26,650 nt of DNA from a virus (taxonomy: Duplodnaviria > Caudoviricetes): positions 1-26,650 of IMG/VR virus record IMGVR_UViG_3300012952_000110; one strand, given 5' to 3'. Made by a program: the position numbers and the translations under genes. Of the stretch, positions 17,101 to 25,700 are shown in pieces; within the stretch, counting starts at the first letter, position 1, and each line of letters begins with the position of its first letter. The notes under the pieces are model-generated. The model made no database searches. It was given only the letters and a program-made list of their open reading frames with translations, and was not told the DNA's origin.

Positions 17101-18187
17101 ACCTGTTATCTGGTGTAAGCAGACTGAAGATGTTTTTGTGGATGAGATTGCTATTGGTAAGGATCGTGAACTTTACGAACCAGTTATCAATCCCAGTGCA
17201 TACATTATCAAGTCTGTTGGTGTTGGATCTACCGCGATTTATGTGGATAATCTGAGACCCATGTTTAATCCACAAAATGAAAATGACACTGATCTGACCT
17301 TCCAGAAGAAAGTTAAATTTGTCGCTCAAGAATCTAAAACGGCAGCTGCAGCAACTGCAATTGTTTCTGGTCTTGGAACTATTTCTTCAATATCAATTTC
17401 TGATGGTGGTTCTGGATATGCATCAGCACCAGTCGTAACGATTGGAAGCACGGTTCAAGCAGTTGGTGTTGGAACCACTGCTCTTGCAACAGCATCTATT
17501 ACCGCTGGAGTGGTAACAAGCATTACTCTTTCTAATGCTGGAACTGCATATACAAACGTAAGTCCCCCACCAGTTCTCATCGCACCTCCAACATATTCTG
17601 AAGAAGAGATTGTCGTTGATTCATATCAAGGTGATAATGGCATTATTGTTGGATTTGGAACCACGGCTGTGGGAGTCGGAACTACTCAGTTAGTTCTTGA
17701 CCTACATATTCCATATGACTCTTTCCTTAGAGACTCTGCTATTGCAGGAACTGCTATCACGATAAGTTCTCTTGCAGCAAATGATTATTTTGTTGTAAGA
17801 AATTCAAACGGTGGTGTTGGATCCACCTCAGTCACTTCTTTGGATACATCTGGAAACACTGTTGGAGTCGGAACATCATTCATCGATAATGTTTACTACG
17901 TTTCCAGTGCCGAATTTATCTCTACCAGTGTATCTGGAATAGATACTACAGTTAAGAGAGTCTTCGTCAAGGTTGACGATTATGCAAGTGGATACTCTGG
18001 TATTAATACATCAGACTTCTTTGGAGCATTTAGTTGGGGAAGAATTGATGTTACCGGAAGAACGGAGACAAATTCTTACTCCGCATATACTGAATCTGGA
18101 ATTGGTGCAACTGATGGAACTGGCATTTCAACATCAACTATGGTTGTCAGATCTAACTTCTTGAAATTCAAAAACTATATCGTCTAA
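5177..18187 (+). CDS. gp7: giant baseplate wedge initiator, gp7-like, 4336 aa, with many inserted beta-rich modules and a YHYH-like domain
   Basis: Sits between gp6 and gp8. N-terminal QLPTYVREDFP..FLKSYY and KDFYISKGTNKSFEILFKALY, plus internal DNFYYQNFSYSLKS..W...V..LNHTLGFKKF (aa ~2456-2496), resemble conserved gp7 segments. Confidence 0.8.
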   Translation: MSENRVQFNTIVASQLPTYVREDFPLVESFLKSYYLGQEYQGGPIDLIENIDRYIKLDETTNLTESAVMSGDITFYGTTINVDPGESPTGTKGFPDSYGLLKIDDEIISYTGKTDYSFTGCIRGFVGITSYRSAINKEEVVFEETASDDHKDGAIITNLSCLFLKEFLTKAKHQLAPGFENRTLTPELNQNIFVKQAKDFYISKGTNKSFEILFKALYNKDVELITPRDFLFTPSNAGYRIVNQLVVEAIEGDPENLENATLYQDVYKFDDDLQKSYAPITSVEKIEVGYGKSFYKLSYDGGFNRPDGSAGGITYGNFKVEPSTKVIGQVAAGTTVLDVDSTVGFGSTGELYVSYSNATTGIASYTSKSLTQFFGVTGISTIILDSTTVGVNTFTYGRSKLDQSEIIKVRVNSVLNSLNAPEDTKGLLKEGIVNIQTLGCTDNTFKANKWIYNVSSVYKVAKVELIDFSDNTYRLTLNEANYFKPGNSASLILSDGTTKETTITDVTGEKQLTIKGQGLLDLTLTYKVQRIRRKASSNTFTNIDEYSTDVENVYKSSVDNSYLVSSPSLPYYNAQPINVSPKEFKFSGTFVGTEFEISPGVEHGFYTGDAVYYSAGLVDETYIDDSGNSKTRKVRGDALFADGLYFVRRVNSSTLKFAKSRNDILNSKFVSVDSAVTVSESLIKPYEFNSKTLEPQKILRKVSTPKTSERTETTVPGTTGILINGVEILNYKSTDVIRYGKINDIEVLAPGENVDIINPPNLIVNDSVGTGATGFLAISGSLREVRIKDPGFDYLRTPTLKIDGGNGQGATGFVNMKLIDHNPEFFADLASAKVIIGTASTQSKIGFSTYHKFRNAEQVIYRTSDQSGIAGIVTNSTYFVSTIDNVTVRLHPTQADAISGINTVFLTDHGVGKHSLQSINKKSVVESINVISGGSGYQTKKRTAPAASGVSTASDSITIANHDYNSGEKVKYTCNGTIASGLSADTEYYVTVVDKDSFKLSSVGLSSDREFYYRTKQYVDITSVGVGTHIFNYPAITATLVGEVGISSIGNQTFKADIEPIFRGQVTSVHLENGGVGYGSSEIINLDFQPQVTIESGIDAQLTPIVNNGRIVNVIVQNSGSRYISVPDLDVNGDGVGAVLVPVIENGSITSVTVVEPGGGYDQSSTTIDVINAGSTLNVPKFRANLQNWRVNLFEKNLPYFAADDGSVIDSENQENLQYVHLYAPRKLRENTFSIAQSGATAFGESDLKRQNGAEVPSTKHSPILGFAYDGNPIYGPYAYRTKSGGVVTQMKSGYTLNLKANRPSTSIFPEGFFVEDYSHTNSTDESVLDQNNGRFCITPDYPEGTYAYFMTVDEKDVSTSGIFKNYKAPKFPYIIGDNYHSIPDNFNFSLSSSADSFENLQNEYRRNTHPYNLIEDDSEYPYIYIPNKLSQTSEITASSRGTISSVGIITGGTEYRMNETLVFNNTGTGGDGVFAKVSRLQGKSVTSVSVATSSIEGLEIYPGESKGEYILYADNPHNFKNFDVVTISGLSTTSSKIEGSYSVGIQSNRLAFAGVGTTGVAIGATSVTGIVTFFKVTGDLSPFKIRENDILMTGDEKLKVLNVDKTNSRIRVLREAEGTTGSSHTIGKFIYEVPRKFTVNSGFKTDYSYRQNEQIYFNPVNVVGLGTTAGVGIGTTITFVNPGVGATQKFIQTKALYIRNHNFQTGDQVTYSPGTSGSGIIVQDETNVGVGTTLADGQSLFVAKINDDLIGIATIRVGLGSTGTFVGLANTISTTLFFRSVGTGDTHSFTTNHTVLTGNVDRNLVTVATASTHGLSEPHNITLNVNPKNTKSITFKYDDYNRRVLVDPIDFTNSEVSTTNSEITLTSHGLKSGDKVLHTATVPSVGLSSDKLYYVNRVDQNTIKLSDTYFDSTQEKPVVVDITSASSGTISPINPPIKLYKDSTVTFDLSDSSLGFVVQGKSYPAFELNFYRDKDFKVVWEKSDSSKVFEVVRSGTVGSSGAKVTLEVNSDTPEFLYYKLDLIDANPDVDTPEVKQQIVVDTEVVNSSQLEIKESGYQGTHKIATPSTTSFTYTIKNVPETSSYTTAAGALIDYTTDCTHTYGPIAKVDVTGVGRNYETLPGITTVDSVSGRGAILEAESSNIGKALGTRIKDIGYTYPSDPTLSPSLIYPQIVKIEPLAVFDSIGVTSFGKGFSIPPKLVVLDGRTEKLVSDVDLKVTPGSPTVEILKNTKGINNVEPTLIPTQTGAGVGIGTISYDSSTENVTVELAVGFSTVNSFPFAVGDKVLIENISVGVGSTGKGFNSENYDYKLFELTAVNERLGGIGIVTYSMSGLLESNEIVGVFDDINSSGRIIAKKSFPIFEPQLTTREYFKGEVVTSDSATGIVGSWNSSSDTLLISSSDKFVVGEKIIGGSSDAHGVASSITSYENYYNLDSSSKVIKGWDNDSGELNFELQRMPDNFYYQNFSYSLKSSVPFETWNEPVSSLNHTLGFKKFSDYQLETTNSNSMTVGLSTALTRFSVVNDLQGFASVNCFYDFDLATENNLNLNSKVVSDEIVFANRILTDYFESVGNRVLSIDDLSGQFNSNPRPTAFSVVDTFTLADVRFQKYITYVRDKRYTAQRQLMLVDVVHDDAQGYLNQYARVETQYDQGSFEFGISGSDGQLLFYPTRSSVNDYNVITLSYDIDSEVLGTGNTSFGGVVTVNTGSVEVESGVTKTIVSIAATHSSLKVLVNINPDIGSNTEFEAVELNITNNGSDVAITEYGRLTTNIGGASAIGLGTYHAYVDGANLKVDFIPTATGIGTTGAINTVQVGLATDSITGIGTLDLRHAQLEGRTTSISASGSPGITTISEYVDLYDGAYFLVQVADTTNNETQLSELVIVDDYVDGTGSYDVDMTEYGNVETSSGLGTFGARVSTAGTVSLVFTPNASIDAVVNVFKNALSIDDDATLPSTVAFTNSSITTKIGEYTGTDSDIKREFMLEHENKQIFERYFEGNSSSVVDISANTIKIPDHFFVSGEKLRYVHVGTASSAVGIATTTFVGAANTTFLPGENLFAVKIDDNTIKIASSAENALKSIPQVVQLESVGIGTSHRFISTNQNAKVIVAIDNVIQSPVVSTAVTSHLANQMLDTDNILTFSGITSFFGSDLIQIGDEIMKIEGVGIGSTNFIRVRREWLGTKVGTAGTGDLITKVDGNYNIVDNHLNFVEAPFGNTPIGSTTNPPDERDWTGITTSSSFQGRSFMRSGIENTSNESYYKNYIFDNISNQFNATENEFTLKQNASDVPGISTENAIILVNDVFQTPGLLNQYTLDEVAGITTITFQGTETTPLGSDVGISSYPKGGIIVSVASAEGLGYQALVSAGGTAVVSAAGTVSSVGVANTGTGYRGRNRYEILTDTSNPVGVGSTEIYLENSNSVYDIISLLNTGNNVTIGVGTFLKSNVTVVSTASTFVRIGVGSTSALEIPTGTQVSIGITNPTLGYVNVSVANSGSGITTHHVGFATIMTGTGNISTDVSITDSSVFYASRDISNVGYSSITGLTTVTTSSAHGLSFDDTVIVSGIAFTCDYSGAGPVNVTNAVYNNVSGIMTVTTSAAHNLSTTGEKSDVLLTGLGFTCGLDNGGSTHTYPRTTDPVYCGTKVTAVNSSTEFEVNAGVSTVPTFFQSGGTAQPVLIAPRANNNSASKSDPAVSGTNVLRVIDTTTFEINTGISTRKHFYARCGKVNKPLDIVIEDPLSYSNIPLEYSSSSAGLGTHATIDVVVGQGSSVIDFELRNNGYGYGNGDILTVPIGGLTGIPTTSSFSEFTLTVDKALFDKFAGWSLGTLQVLDNVERFIDGTRKDFPLTLAGSVVSIVAAKGSNINVQDVLLIFVNNTLQVPGEGYTFTGGSTLNFTEAPKLGDILEIVFYKGSGDTDVIFRNIIETVKKGDSLQLKNDPSRSQASSLIEDERIVDNIKSTSTVSTNPYFGPGNTNDITLDRPVIWCKQTEDVFVDEIAIGKDRELYEPVINPSAYIIKSVGVGSTAIYVDNLRPMFNPQNENDTDLTFQKKVKFVAQESKTAAAATAIVSGLGTISSISISDGGSGYASAPVVTIGSTVQAVGVGTTALATASITAGVVTSITLSNAGTAYTNVSPPPVLIAPPTYSEEEIVVDSYQGDNGIIVGFGTTAVGVGTTQLVLDLHIPYDSFLRDSAIAGTAITISSLAANDYFVVRNSNGGVGSTSVTSLDTSGNTVGVGTSFIDNVYYVSSAEFISTSVSGIDTTVKRVFVKVDDYASGYSGINTSDFFGAFSWGRIDVTGRTETNSYSAYTESGIGATDGTGISTSTMVVRSNFLKFKNYIV

Positions 18188-18192
18188 TCACT

Positions 18193-18200
18193 AATAAATA
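18193..18200 (+). promoter_or_regulatory. T4-type late promoter AATAAATA
   Basis: Intergenic NATAAATA ending 18 nt before the gp8 ATG. Confidence 0.8.
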
Positions 18201-18218
18201 AAGAAAAACTCTGTCAAA

Positions 18219-19772
18219 ATGGCCGCAATAATTACGGATCAGATTAGAATATTGAACGCAAAGAATTTTGTTGCAGGGGTAAACAATTCCTCTAATGCAT
18301 ATTATTCTTTTGTTGGTTTGCCTAACCCAGCAGACTATCAGTCTACTTGGGATTCTGATCCCCCTTCACCAAAAGACAATTTTACTGAAGAGGATGATTA
18401 TTGGGATACCATGATCGCTCTGAAGAAAATCAATTCTGCAGATGCAAAGCAGGTTGTTCCTAAGAGAACTTGGTCATCAGGAACTACCTATGACATGTAT
18501 CGTCATGATTATAGCAGATCAAATACTGCTGTGGTTTCTGGATCTACTTCACTGTATCTTGCAAACTATTTTGTATTAAATAGCGACTTCAGAGTTTATA
18601 TTTGTTTGCAAAATGGTATTGATCCTGATAATCCATCAGGCAGACCATCTCTGGATGAACCAACTTTTACAGATTTAGAACCTAAGGCAGCTGGCACTAG
18701 TGGTGATGGTTATATCTGGAAATATCTTTATACTATCGCTCCAAGTAACGTAACAAAGTTTGAATCCACTGATTACATGCCAGTTCCTGCAGACTGGACA
18801 ACTGCAACTGATAATGCTGCAGTGAGAGATAATGCAGTTGATGGATCTATTAAGATCGTCACGATTACTAACAAAGGTGTTGGTCTTGGCACTGCAAACT
18901 CCACTTATACATCTGTTCCAATCAGAGGAGACGGCACAGGAGCAGAATGTACCATAGTAATTGATGCCGATTCTAAAGTTAGTTCTGTAACTGTTTCTAC
19001 TCAAGGTTCAGGATACACCTATGGAAATGTTGATTTGGTTGGCGGTGGAGTTCCAACAGGAACCACTAGACCAGCATTTGATGTAATCATTCCACCACAG
19101 GGTGGCCATGGTGCGGACATCTATAGAGAATTGGGTGCATATAATGTTCTTCTTTATTCAAGAATTGAAAATGACAACGAAAACCCAGACTTCATCACAG
19201 GTAATCAAATTGCCAGAGTTGGTGTTGTAGAAAATCCACAACAGTTTGGTTCTACGACTCTCCTTTCGGCGGATAAAGCAAGTGCTGTTGGGGCTTTAAG
19301 ACTTGTTGGAACAGGATATAGCACGGCAACATTTACTGCTGATGCATATTTTACTCAAACAGTTTCCACAGGAACAACTGCTGTAGGAAGAGTTATTAAT
19401 TATGATCAAAATACAGGGGTACTAAAATTCTGGCAAGATAGATCTCTTGCCGGATTTAACACAGTCGGAACTGCACAAACTCAACCAACATATGGATTTG
19501 ATTTAACGGAGTTTACATCATCTCCTGGAACTGGTGGAGCACTGACTATCGTACCATCAACTGGTCAAGATTTAAGTATTGATAGTAACTTCTCAGGTAT
19601 ATCTACCGTAATAAATAATCGTACATACTATCTTGGTCAAACTTTTACGAGTGGTATTTCTAATCCTGAGGTCAAAGCGCATTCGGGAAACATCATTTAC
19701 GTTGACAACCGACCAGCCATAACTCGATCAGCGAGTCAAAAGGAAGACATAAAAGTTATTTTGCAGTTCTAA
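18219..19772 (+). CDS. gp8: baseplate wedge subunit gp8, 517 aa
   Basis: MAAIITDQIRILNAKNF, W..MIALKKI, W.SGTTYDMY, RVYICLQNG, DGYIWKYLYTI and terminal SGNIIYVDNRPAITRS..QKEDIKVILQF match T4-like gp8. Confidence 0.92.
   Translation: MAAIITDQIRILNAKNFVAGVNNSSNAYYSFVGLPNPADYQSTWDSDPPSPKDNFTEEDDYWDTMIALKKINSADAKQVVPKRTWSSGTTYDMYRHDYSRSNTAVVSGSTSLYLANYFVLNSDFRVYICLQNGIDPDNPSGRPSLDEPTFTDLEPKAAGTSGDGYIWKYLYTIAPSNVTKFESTDYMPVPADWTTATDNAAVRDNAVDGSIKIVTITNKGVGLGTANSTYTSVPIRGDGTGAECTIVIDADSKVSSVTVSTQGSGYTYGNVDLVGGGVPTGTTRPAFDVIIPPQGGHGADIYRELGAYNVLLYSRIENDNENPDFITGNQIARVGVVENPQQFGSTTLLSADKASAVGALRLVGTGYSTATFTADAYFTQTVSTGTTAVGRVINYDQNTGVLKFWQDRSLAGFNTVGTAQTQPTYGFDLTEFTSSPGTGGALTIVPSTGQDLSIDSNFSGISTVINNRTYYLGQTFTSGISNPEVKAHSGNIIYVDNRPAITRSASQKEDIKVILQF
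19610..19617 (+). promoter_or_regulatory. candidate internal late promoter AATAAATA inside gp8
   Basis: Same octamer as the intergenic late promoters, about 160 nt upstream of ATG 19779. The gap between the two genes is only 6 nt. Confidence 0.45.
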
Positions 19773-19778
19773 AGAATT

Positions 19779-22700
19779 ATGCCCCAACAAACGAACCTCA
19801 ACGTAGCTCCATACTTTGATGATTTTGATGCAGCTAATGATTACCACAAGGTATTATTCAAACCAGGATATCCTGTTCAGGCAAGAGAGTTAACAACTCT
19901 ACAGTCTATACTGCAAAATCAGATTGAAAAGTTTGGACAGCACTTCTTTAAAGAAGGTGCAAAAGTAATACCAGGAAATATTGGATATAGTCAATTATAT
20001 TACTGTGTACAATTAGAAAACACCTATCAGGGTGTCCCAGTATCGGCATATGCTGATCAGTTAGTAGGGACAAAAATTACAGGGCAGACTTCTGGGGTAA
20101 CGGCTTTTGTCGATAGTGTTCTGCTGCCTGAGGATTCTGAAAGGGGTAACCTGACACTTTATATCAATTATCTCACTTCAAGCACTGCAAATAATTCTAC
20201 TCAAACTTTTTTTGATGGTGAAGTATTAACTTCTAATGAGGTAGTAACTTCTGGATTGCTTGGAAATACCACAATTGCTGCAGGATCTCCTCTTGCATCC
20301 ACTTTAACGAACGCTGCATCTGCAACTGGATCTTCTTTCCAAATTGAAAACGGTATTTATTTTATTCGTGGAAATTTTGTAAACGTCGATAGAGAAAATC
20401 TTCTTCTTGATCAATACGGAACAACTCCAAGTTACAGAATTGGTCTGTTTGTTAATGAAGAGATTGTTAATGCAGACTTAGACGAAACCCTTAACGACAA
20501 CTCTCAGGGATTTAATAACTATGCAGCACCAGGTGCTGATAGACTTAGAATCTCTACAAGTCTTTTTAAGAAACCTGTCGATGATTTTAATGATGATAAC
20601 TTCATTCTGCTTGCTACAGTAATTAACGGGGTTCTTCAGGCAGCACCTCCAGTTAAAGGAAATCTTGGTGGTGGTCCAGGATATCTTGACATCAGAGATA
20701 TGATGGCAAGAAGAACGTTTGATGAATCAGGACACTATTTTGTAAAACCGTTTGATATCACTGTAGTCAACTCTTTAAATGATGGACTTGGAAATGGTGG
20801 TATATTTGAAACAGGTCAGTTTACTCCCAGTGGAACAACCCCAACAGATGATTTAGCTCTCTATAAAGTCGCTCCTGGAAAGGCATATGTTAAGGGATAT
20901 GAGATTGAAACCTTAAATGCAAAGTATCTTGACGTAGATAAACCAAGAACAACTAAAACTATTGAAAATCAAAATATTGTATATAATACTGGTCCAACAT
21001 TAAAAATAAACAGAGTATTCAGATCACCAACGGTCGGATTTGGAACATATGTTGTAAGTCTTAGAGATCAAAGAGTTGGATCTAATCAACAAACAGCTCC
21101 TGGAAATGAGATTGGAGTTGCTAGAATTTATGACTTTAAGTTAGAGTCTGGATCATATGACGCAGCAAATGGCAATATTAATGAATGGAATCTTGCATTA
21201 TATGATGTTCAAACTAATGTAGAGATTGCTATAAATCAGTCAACAACACTTTCGGTTCCTACATTTGTAAAAGGTGTGAACAGTGGCGCAACTGGATTCT
21301 TGAGACATGCTGTTTCTGCTGGAACCGCAGTTACCGTTTATGAGACTGAGGGATCTTTTATTCCTTTTGAAAAACTCATCTTTAATGGTATTGAAGATGG
21401 TAGAGTTGCTGTCGCCATCACTGAACATGGTATAGCTGACGTTAAATCTGTCTATGGAATGGACGGATATGAAGGGACTCCTACAACCGTTGGTATCAAT
21501 ACATTTAGTGCAGACGTAATTCAGTCCACTAAGTTTAGTGCAGGTATTGCTACTGTTAGTGCTCTGTCTGGTGGAATCAGCACGATTACTGCTAAGAATG
21601 CTGCTTTCCCTGGAACTCTTGTAAAAGAAAATGATCTGATTGAATACACCGACACAACAGCAGGACTTAGAAATGATCCTATTTTTGCAAGAGTTGTAGG
21701 TGTTGCAACAACAACGATCACCGTAGCTGCAGTAACTGATGTTGTTGGTGTTGCTAGTGCATTTTTACCAGCAGCAACTTTAGACGTAACTGATTTAAAA
21801 GTTCTTAAAACAGACCTTGCTTCTGTTTCTGATGCTTCTCTCTATACACCACTGGCAAAGGGAAATGTTTCTAATGTTGACATTTCAGAAGCAACATTAG
21901 TAATTAGAAAAACATTTAGTGTTGATATTGCTAGCAATCAACTCTCCGCACAGGTAACTGCAGGAACTAATGAAACCTTCTTGCAATTTGATGAGGAAAG
22001 ATATCTGTTGACAAGATCTGATGGATCTACAGAAGTTCTTACTGCAGATAAATTTGATATTGGTTCTGACGGCAAAACCTTACAAATTCGCAATTTAGGC
22101 ACAAATGATACTGGTGCAACTTTAATCGCAACTCTGAATAAGACAAGTCCAAAAGCAAAAGTTAAGATTAAAAATAGAGTTAACTCTATTATTGTTGATA
22201 AATCTAAATTAGCGGGATCTGGTATCGGATCTACAACTTTAAATAATGGACTTACTTATGGAAACTATCCATTTGGAACTAGAGTTGAAGACGAAGTTAT
22301 TTCTTTAAACTTCCCAGACATCATCGAAATTCATGGAATTTATGAGTCTGCAGATACTTCTGCAGCTTCTGCACCAAACATGACTTTGCAGTCAATTAAT
22401 AGTGCATCGACAACTACGACAGAATTATTGGTTGGTGAACAGATTGTCGGTCAAACGAGTGGTGCAAGAGCAATTGTATCTGAAAAACTTAATGACTCTA
22501 CAATTACATTTATTAGTAAAACAGAAACTGTTTTTGTTGAAGGAGAGACCATAGAAGCGCAAGAATCCAATATTGGTGCCGTAATTGCTAGTATAGGTTC
22601 TCCAAGCTTTAATGTTTCGTCAAACTATACCTTTAGAACTGGTCAAGAAGAAACCTTCTATGATCATGGTCGTCTTAGAAGAAAGAAAGATAAATCATCT

Positions 22701-25700
22701 CCAGCAAAACAACTGAAGATATATTTCTCTAGCGCATCTTTTGATACCACAGATACTGGTGATGTAGTAACAGTTAATTCTTATAATAATTTTGATTATG
22801 GTAATGAAATTGGTCATGTTGATATCTATAGAAATTCTGATATTATTGATATTAGACCAAGAGTTGCTGAATATACAGTAGCTGCTGATGTAAGATCGCC
22901 TCTTGAATTCTTTGGAAGGTCTTTTGAAACTTCTGGTCAGACTGCTGCAAATACTTTGGCGTCTGATGAAGCTATCATCATGGACTATTCTTACTATCAA
23001 GGAAGAATTGATAGGGTATATTTGTCCAAGGATGGTCGTTTTCAAATTATCTATGGAACTCCATCGGATAGTCCACAAAGACCAGAACCAATTAATGATG
23101 CAATTGAAATTTGCACAGTGACTTTGCCACCATATCTCTATAGACCAGAACAGGCAAAACTTGCATTCTTAGATTATAAGAGATATCAAATGAGAGATAT
23201 CAAGAAACTTGAAGATAGAATCAAGAGTCTTGAATATTATACGACTTTATCTCTTCTTGAGAAGGAAACTGCAAACTTCTTTATTCCTGATGCAGAGGGA
23301 CTGAATAGATTTAAATCTGGATTCTTTGTAGACAACTTTAATGATTTTTCTGCACAAGAAGATCATATTGATGTTAATAATGCTATCGATAGAAAATATA
23401 ATGAGTTAAGACCTAGACACTACACAAACTCCGTAGATATGATCTACGGACCAGTAGTTGATACTGATGCGACAGATGATATCAATTTTGCTGCTATTGA
23501 AGGTAATAATATAAGAAAGCAAAATGATATTGTAACTCTTGATTATTCTGAAGTAGAATATATTAGTCAAACATTTGCTACTAGAACTGAAAGTGTCACT
23601 CCATTTTTGATTAGTTTCTGGAATGGAACTCTTGAACTTACTCCAGCTACTGATAACTGGGTTGATACAACAAGACTTGAAGCTAAAATTATTGAGACTG
23701 AAGGTAACTATGCAGAAACCTTCAATAATCTTGCAGAAAATGGTACAATTGATCCTCAAACAGGATTTGGACCTATCGTTTGGGATTCTTGGGAAACCAA
23801 CTGGACAGGTGTTGAAGTTGTAGAAACAACTCAGGAGAGAGTCATTAATGGTGGACCAAGTACCGTACACGTATCTCTTAACGGTCACTGGAGATATTAC
23901 GCGGGAAGCACCACGAGACAAGTTACTGACCAAGTTATTGAAGATCGATTTAGAACAACCAGAGAATTTGGAACTCAAAGCAGATCTGGTGTTAGGACTA
24001 TCGTTACTGAGCAGTTTGATGAGACCTCTGTAGGAGATAGAGTGGTCAGTAGAGATCTTATTCAATTCATGAGATCTAGAAATCTTGAATTTGTTTCTAA
24101 GAGAGTTAAACCACTTACAAGACTTTATGCTTTCTTTGATGGTGTCGATATTTCTAAGTATTGTGTGCCAAAATTGTTAGAAATTTCTATGACATCTGGA
24201 ACTTTCCAGATTGGAGAAACAGTTGTTGGTGAAATGCTTAGAACTGGCCTTGCAGAAACTCTACGTCCAGATACAACACCTTCTATCAGATTTAGAGTTG
24301 CACAGTCAAATCATAGAGAGGGACCTTACGATTCTCCAACCAAAACATATCCACAAAATCCATATTCTAATATTGATTTAGCAGCAACATATTCATCAAC
24401 TTCTACAATTTTGAATGTTGATACTGCGTCACTTTCTTCGGAAGCAAGAGGAGATTTCTTTGGGTATGTTGAAGAAGGAATGGTCCTTAGAGGAAGAACA
24501 AGTGGAGCATTAGCTACGGTAACTAATGTGAGACTTGTTTCAGACCTCTCTGCAACTTTGATTGGTAGTTACTTTATTCCTGATGGCAATAATGTAAATC
24601 ATCCACGATTTGAGTGTGGAACTAAAACTTTTACTCTTACTAATGATATTGATAATAATCAAGATGATGCAACGACAATTGCTGAAGAAGCATTCAGTGC
24701 TACAGGAACTCTTGAAACGGTTCAAGAGAACATTATTTCTGTTAGAAATGCAAGAGTTGAACTTAAAAATGAATTCCAGAGTAGAAATGTTAATAGAGAT
24801 CTTGGAACTGAGCTCGTAGAGTCTGAAGTTATTGGATCACGCACCAGAACTCAAACTATTCATAGTTGGTATGATCCACTTGCACAATCATTCTTAGTTG
24901 AAGATGAAACTGGTGTATTTTTAACAAGTTGTGATGTTTTCTTTAGATCTAAAGACGACATGGATATTCCCGTTGTCTTCCAATTGAGAACGATGGTGAA
25001 TGGATCTCCATCTCCAAGAGTTCTTCCGTTCTCCGAAATTGTTCTTGATCCAGATGAAGTTCTTACTTCATCTGATGGGTCTATTGCAACAAATATTCAA
25101 TTTAAAGCCCCTGTTTATTTGGAGGGAGGAATTGAGTACGCAATATGTTTAGCATCCAACTCCACTAAGTATAGTGTCTATATTTCTAGGGTTGGTGAGA
25201 ATGATCTCTTAACAGACACTTTCATTTCCAACCAACCGTATCTTGGATCTCTGTTTAAGTCGCAAAACGCTTCTACATGGGAACCAAGTCAGTGGGAAGA
25301 TCTTAAGTTTACTCTGTATAGAGCAGACTTTATTGAAAATGGATCTGTTGAATTCTACAGTCCTGAACTAACGGAAGGAAACAGACAGATTCCCAATCTC
25401 CTTCCCGATCCAATTAGTCTTAATTCTAGACAAATTAGAGTTGGTCTTGGAACCACCGTGGCTGACTCTGGATATGAAATTGGCAATACCTTCTATCAAC
25501 TGGGTACAAACGCCACAGGAGACCTTGTAGGCACTGCTGGATCTGCTACAGGCAACCTTTCAATCACTAATGCTGGTCTTGGACTTACACCCGCTGATGG
25601 AAGTTTCACCTTTGCTGGTGTAAATCTTGTAACTATTACAGGTAACGGTAGAGGAGCAACTGCAGAGGTCAGTGTCAAAGACGGATCTATTGTTGCAAGT

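Noticed and set aside
23406-24065. 219-aa minus-strand ORF and the other short antisense or alternate-frame ORFs in the track
   Set aside because: All lie inside long + strand genes with recognisable motifs. They have no recognisable domains or expression signals and are expected shadows of codon bias.
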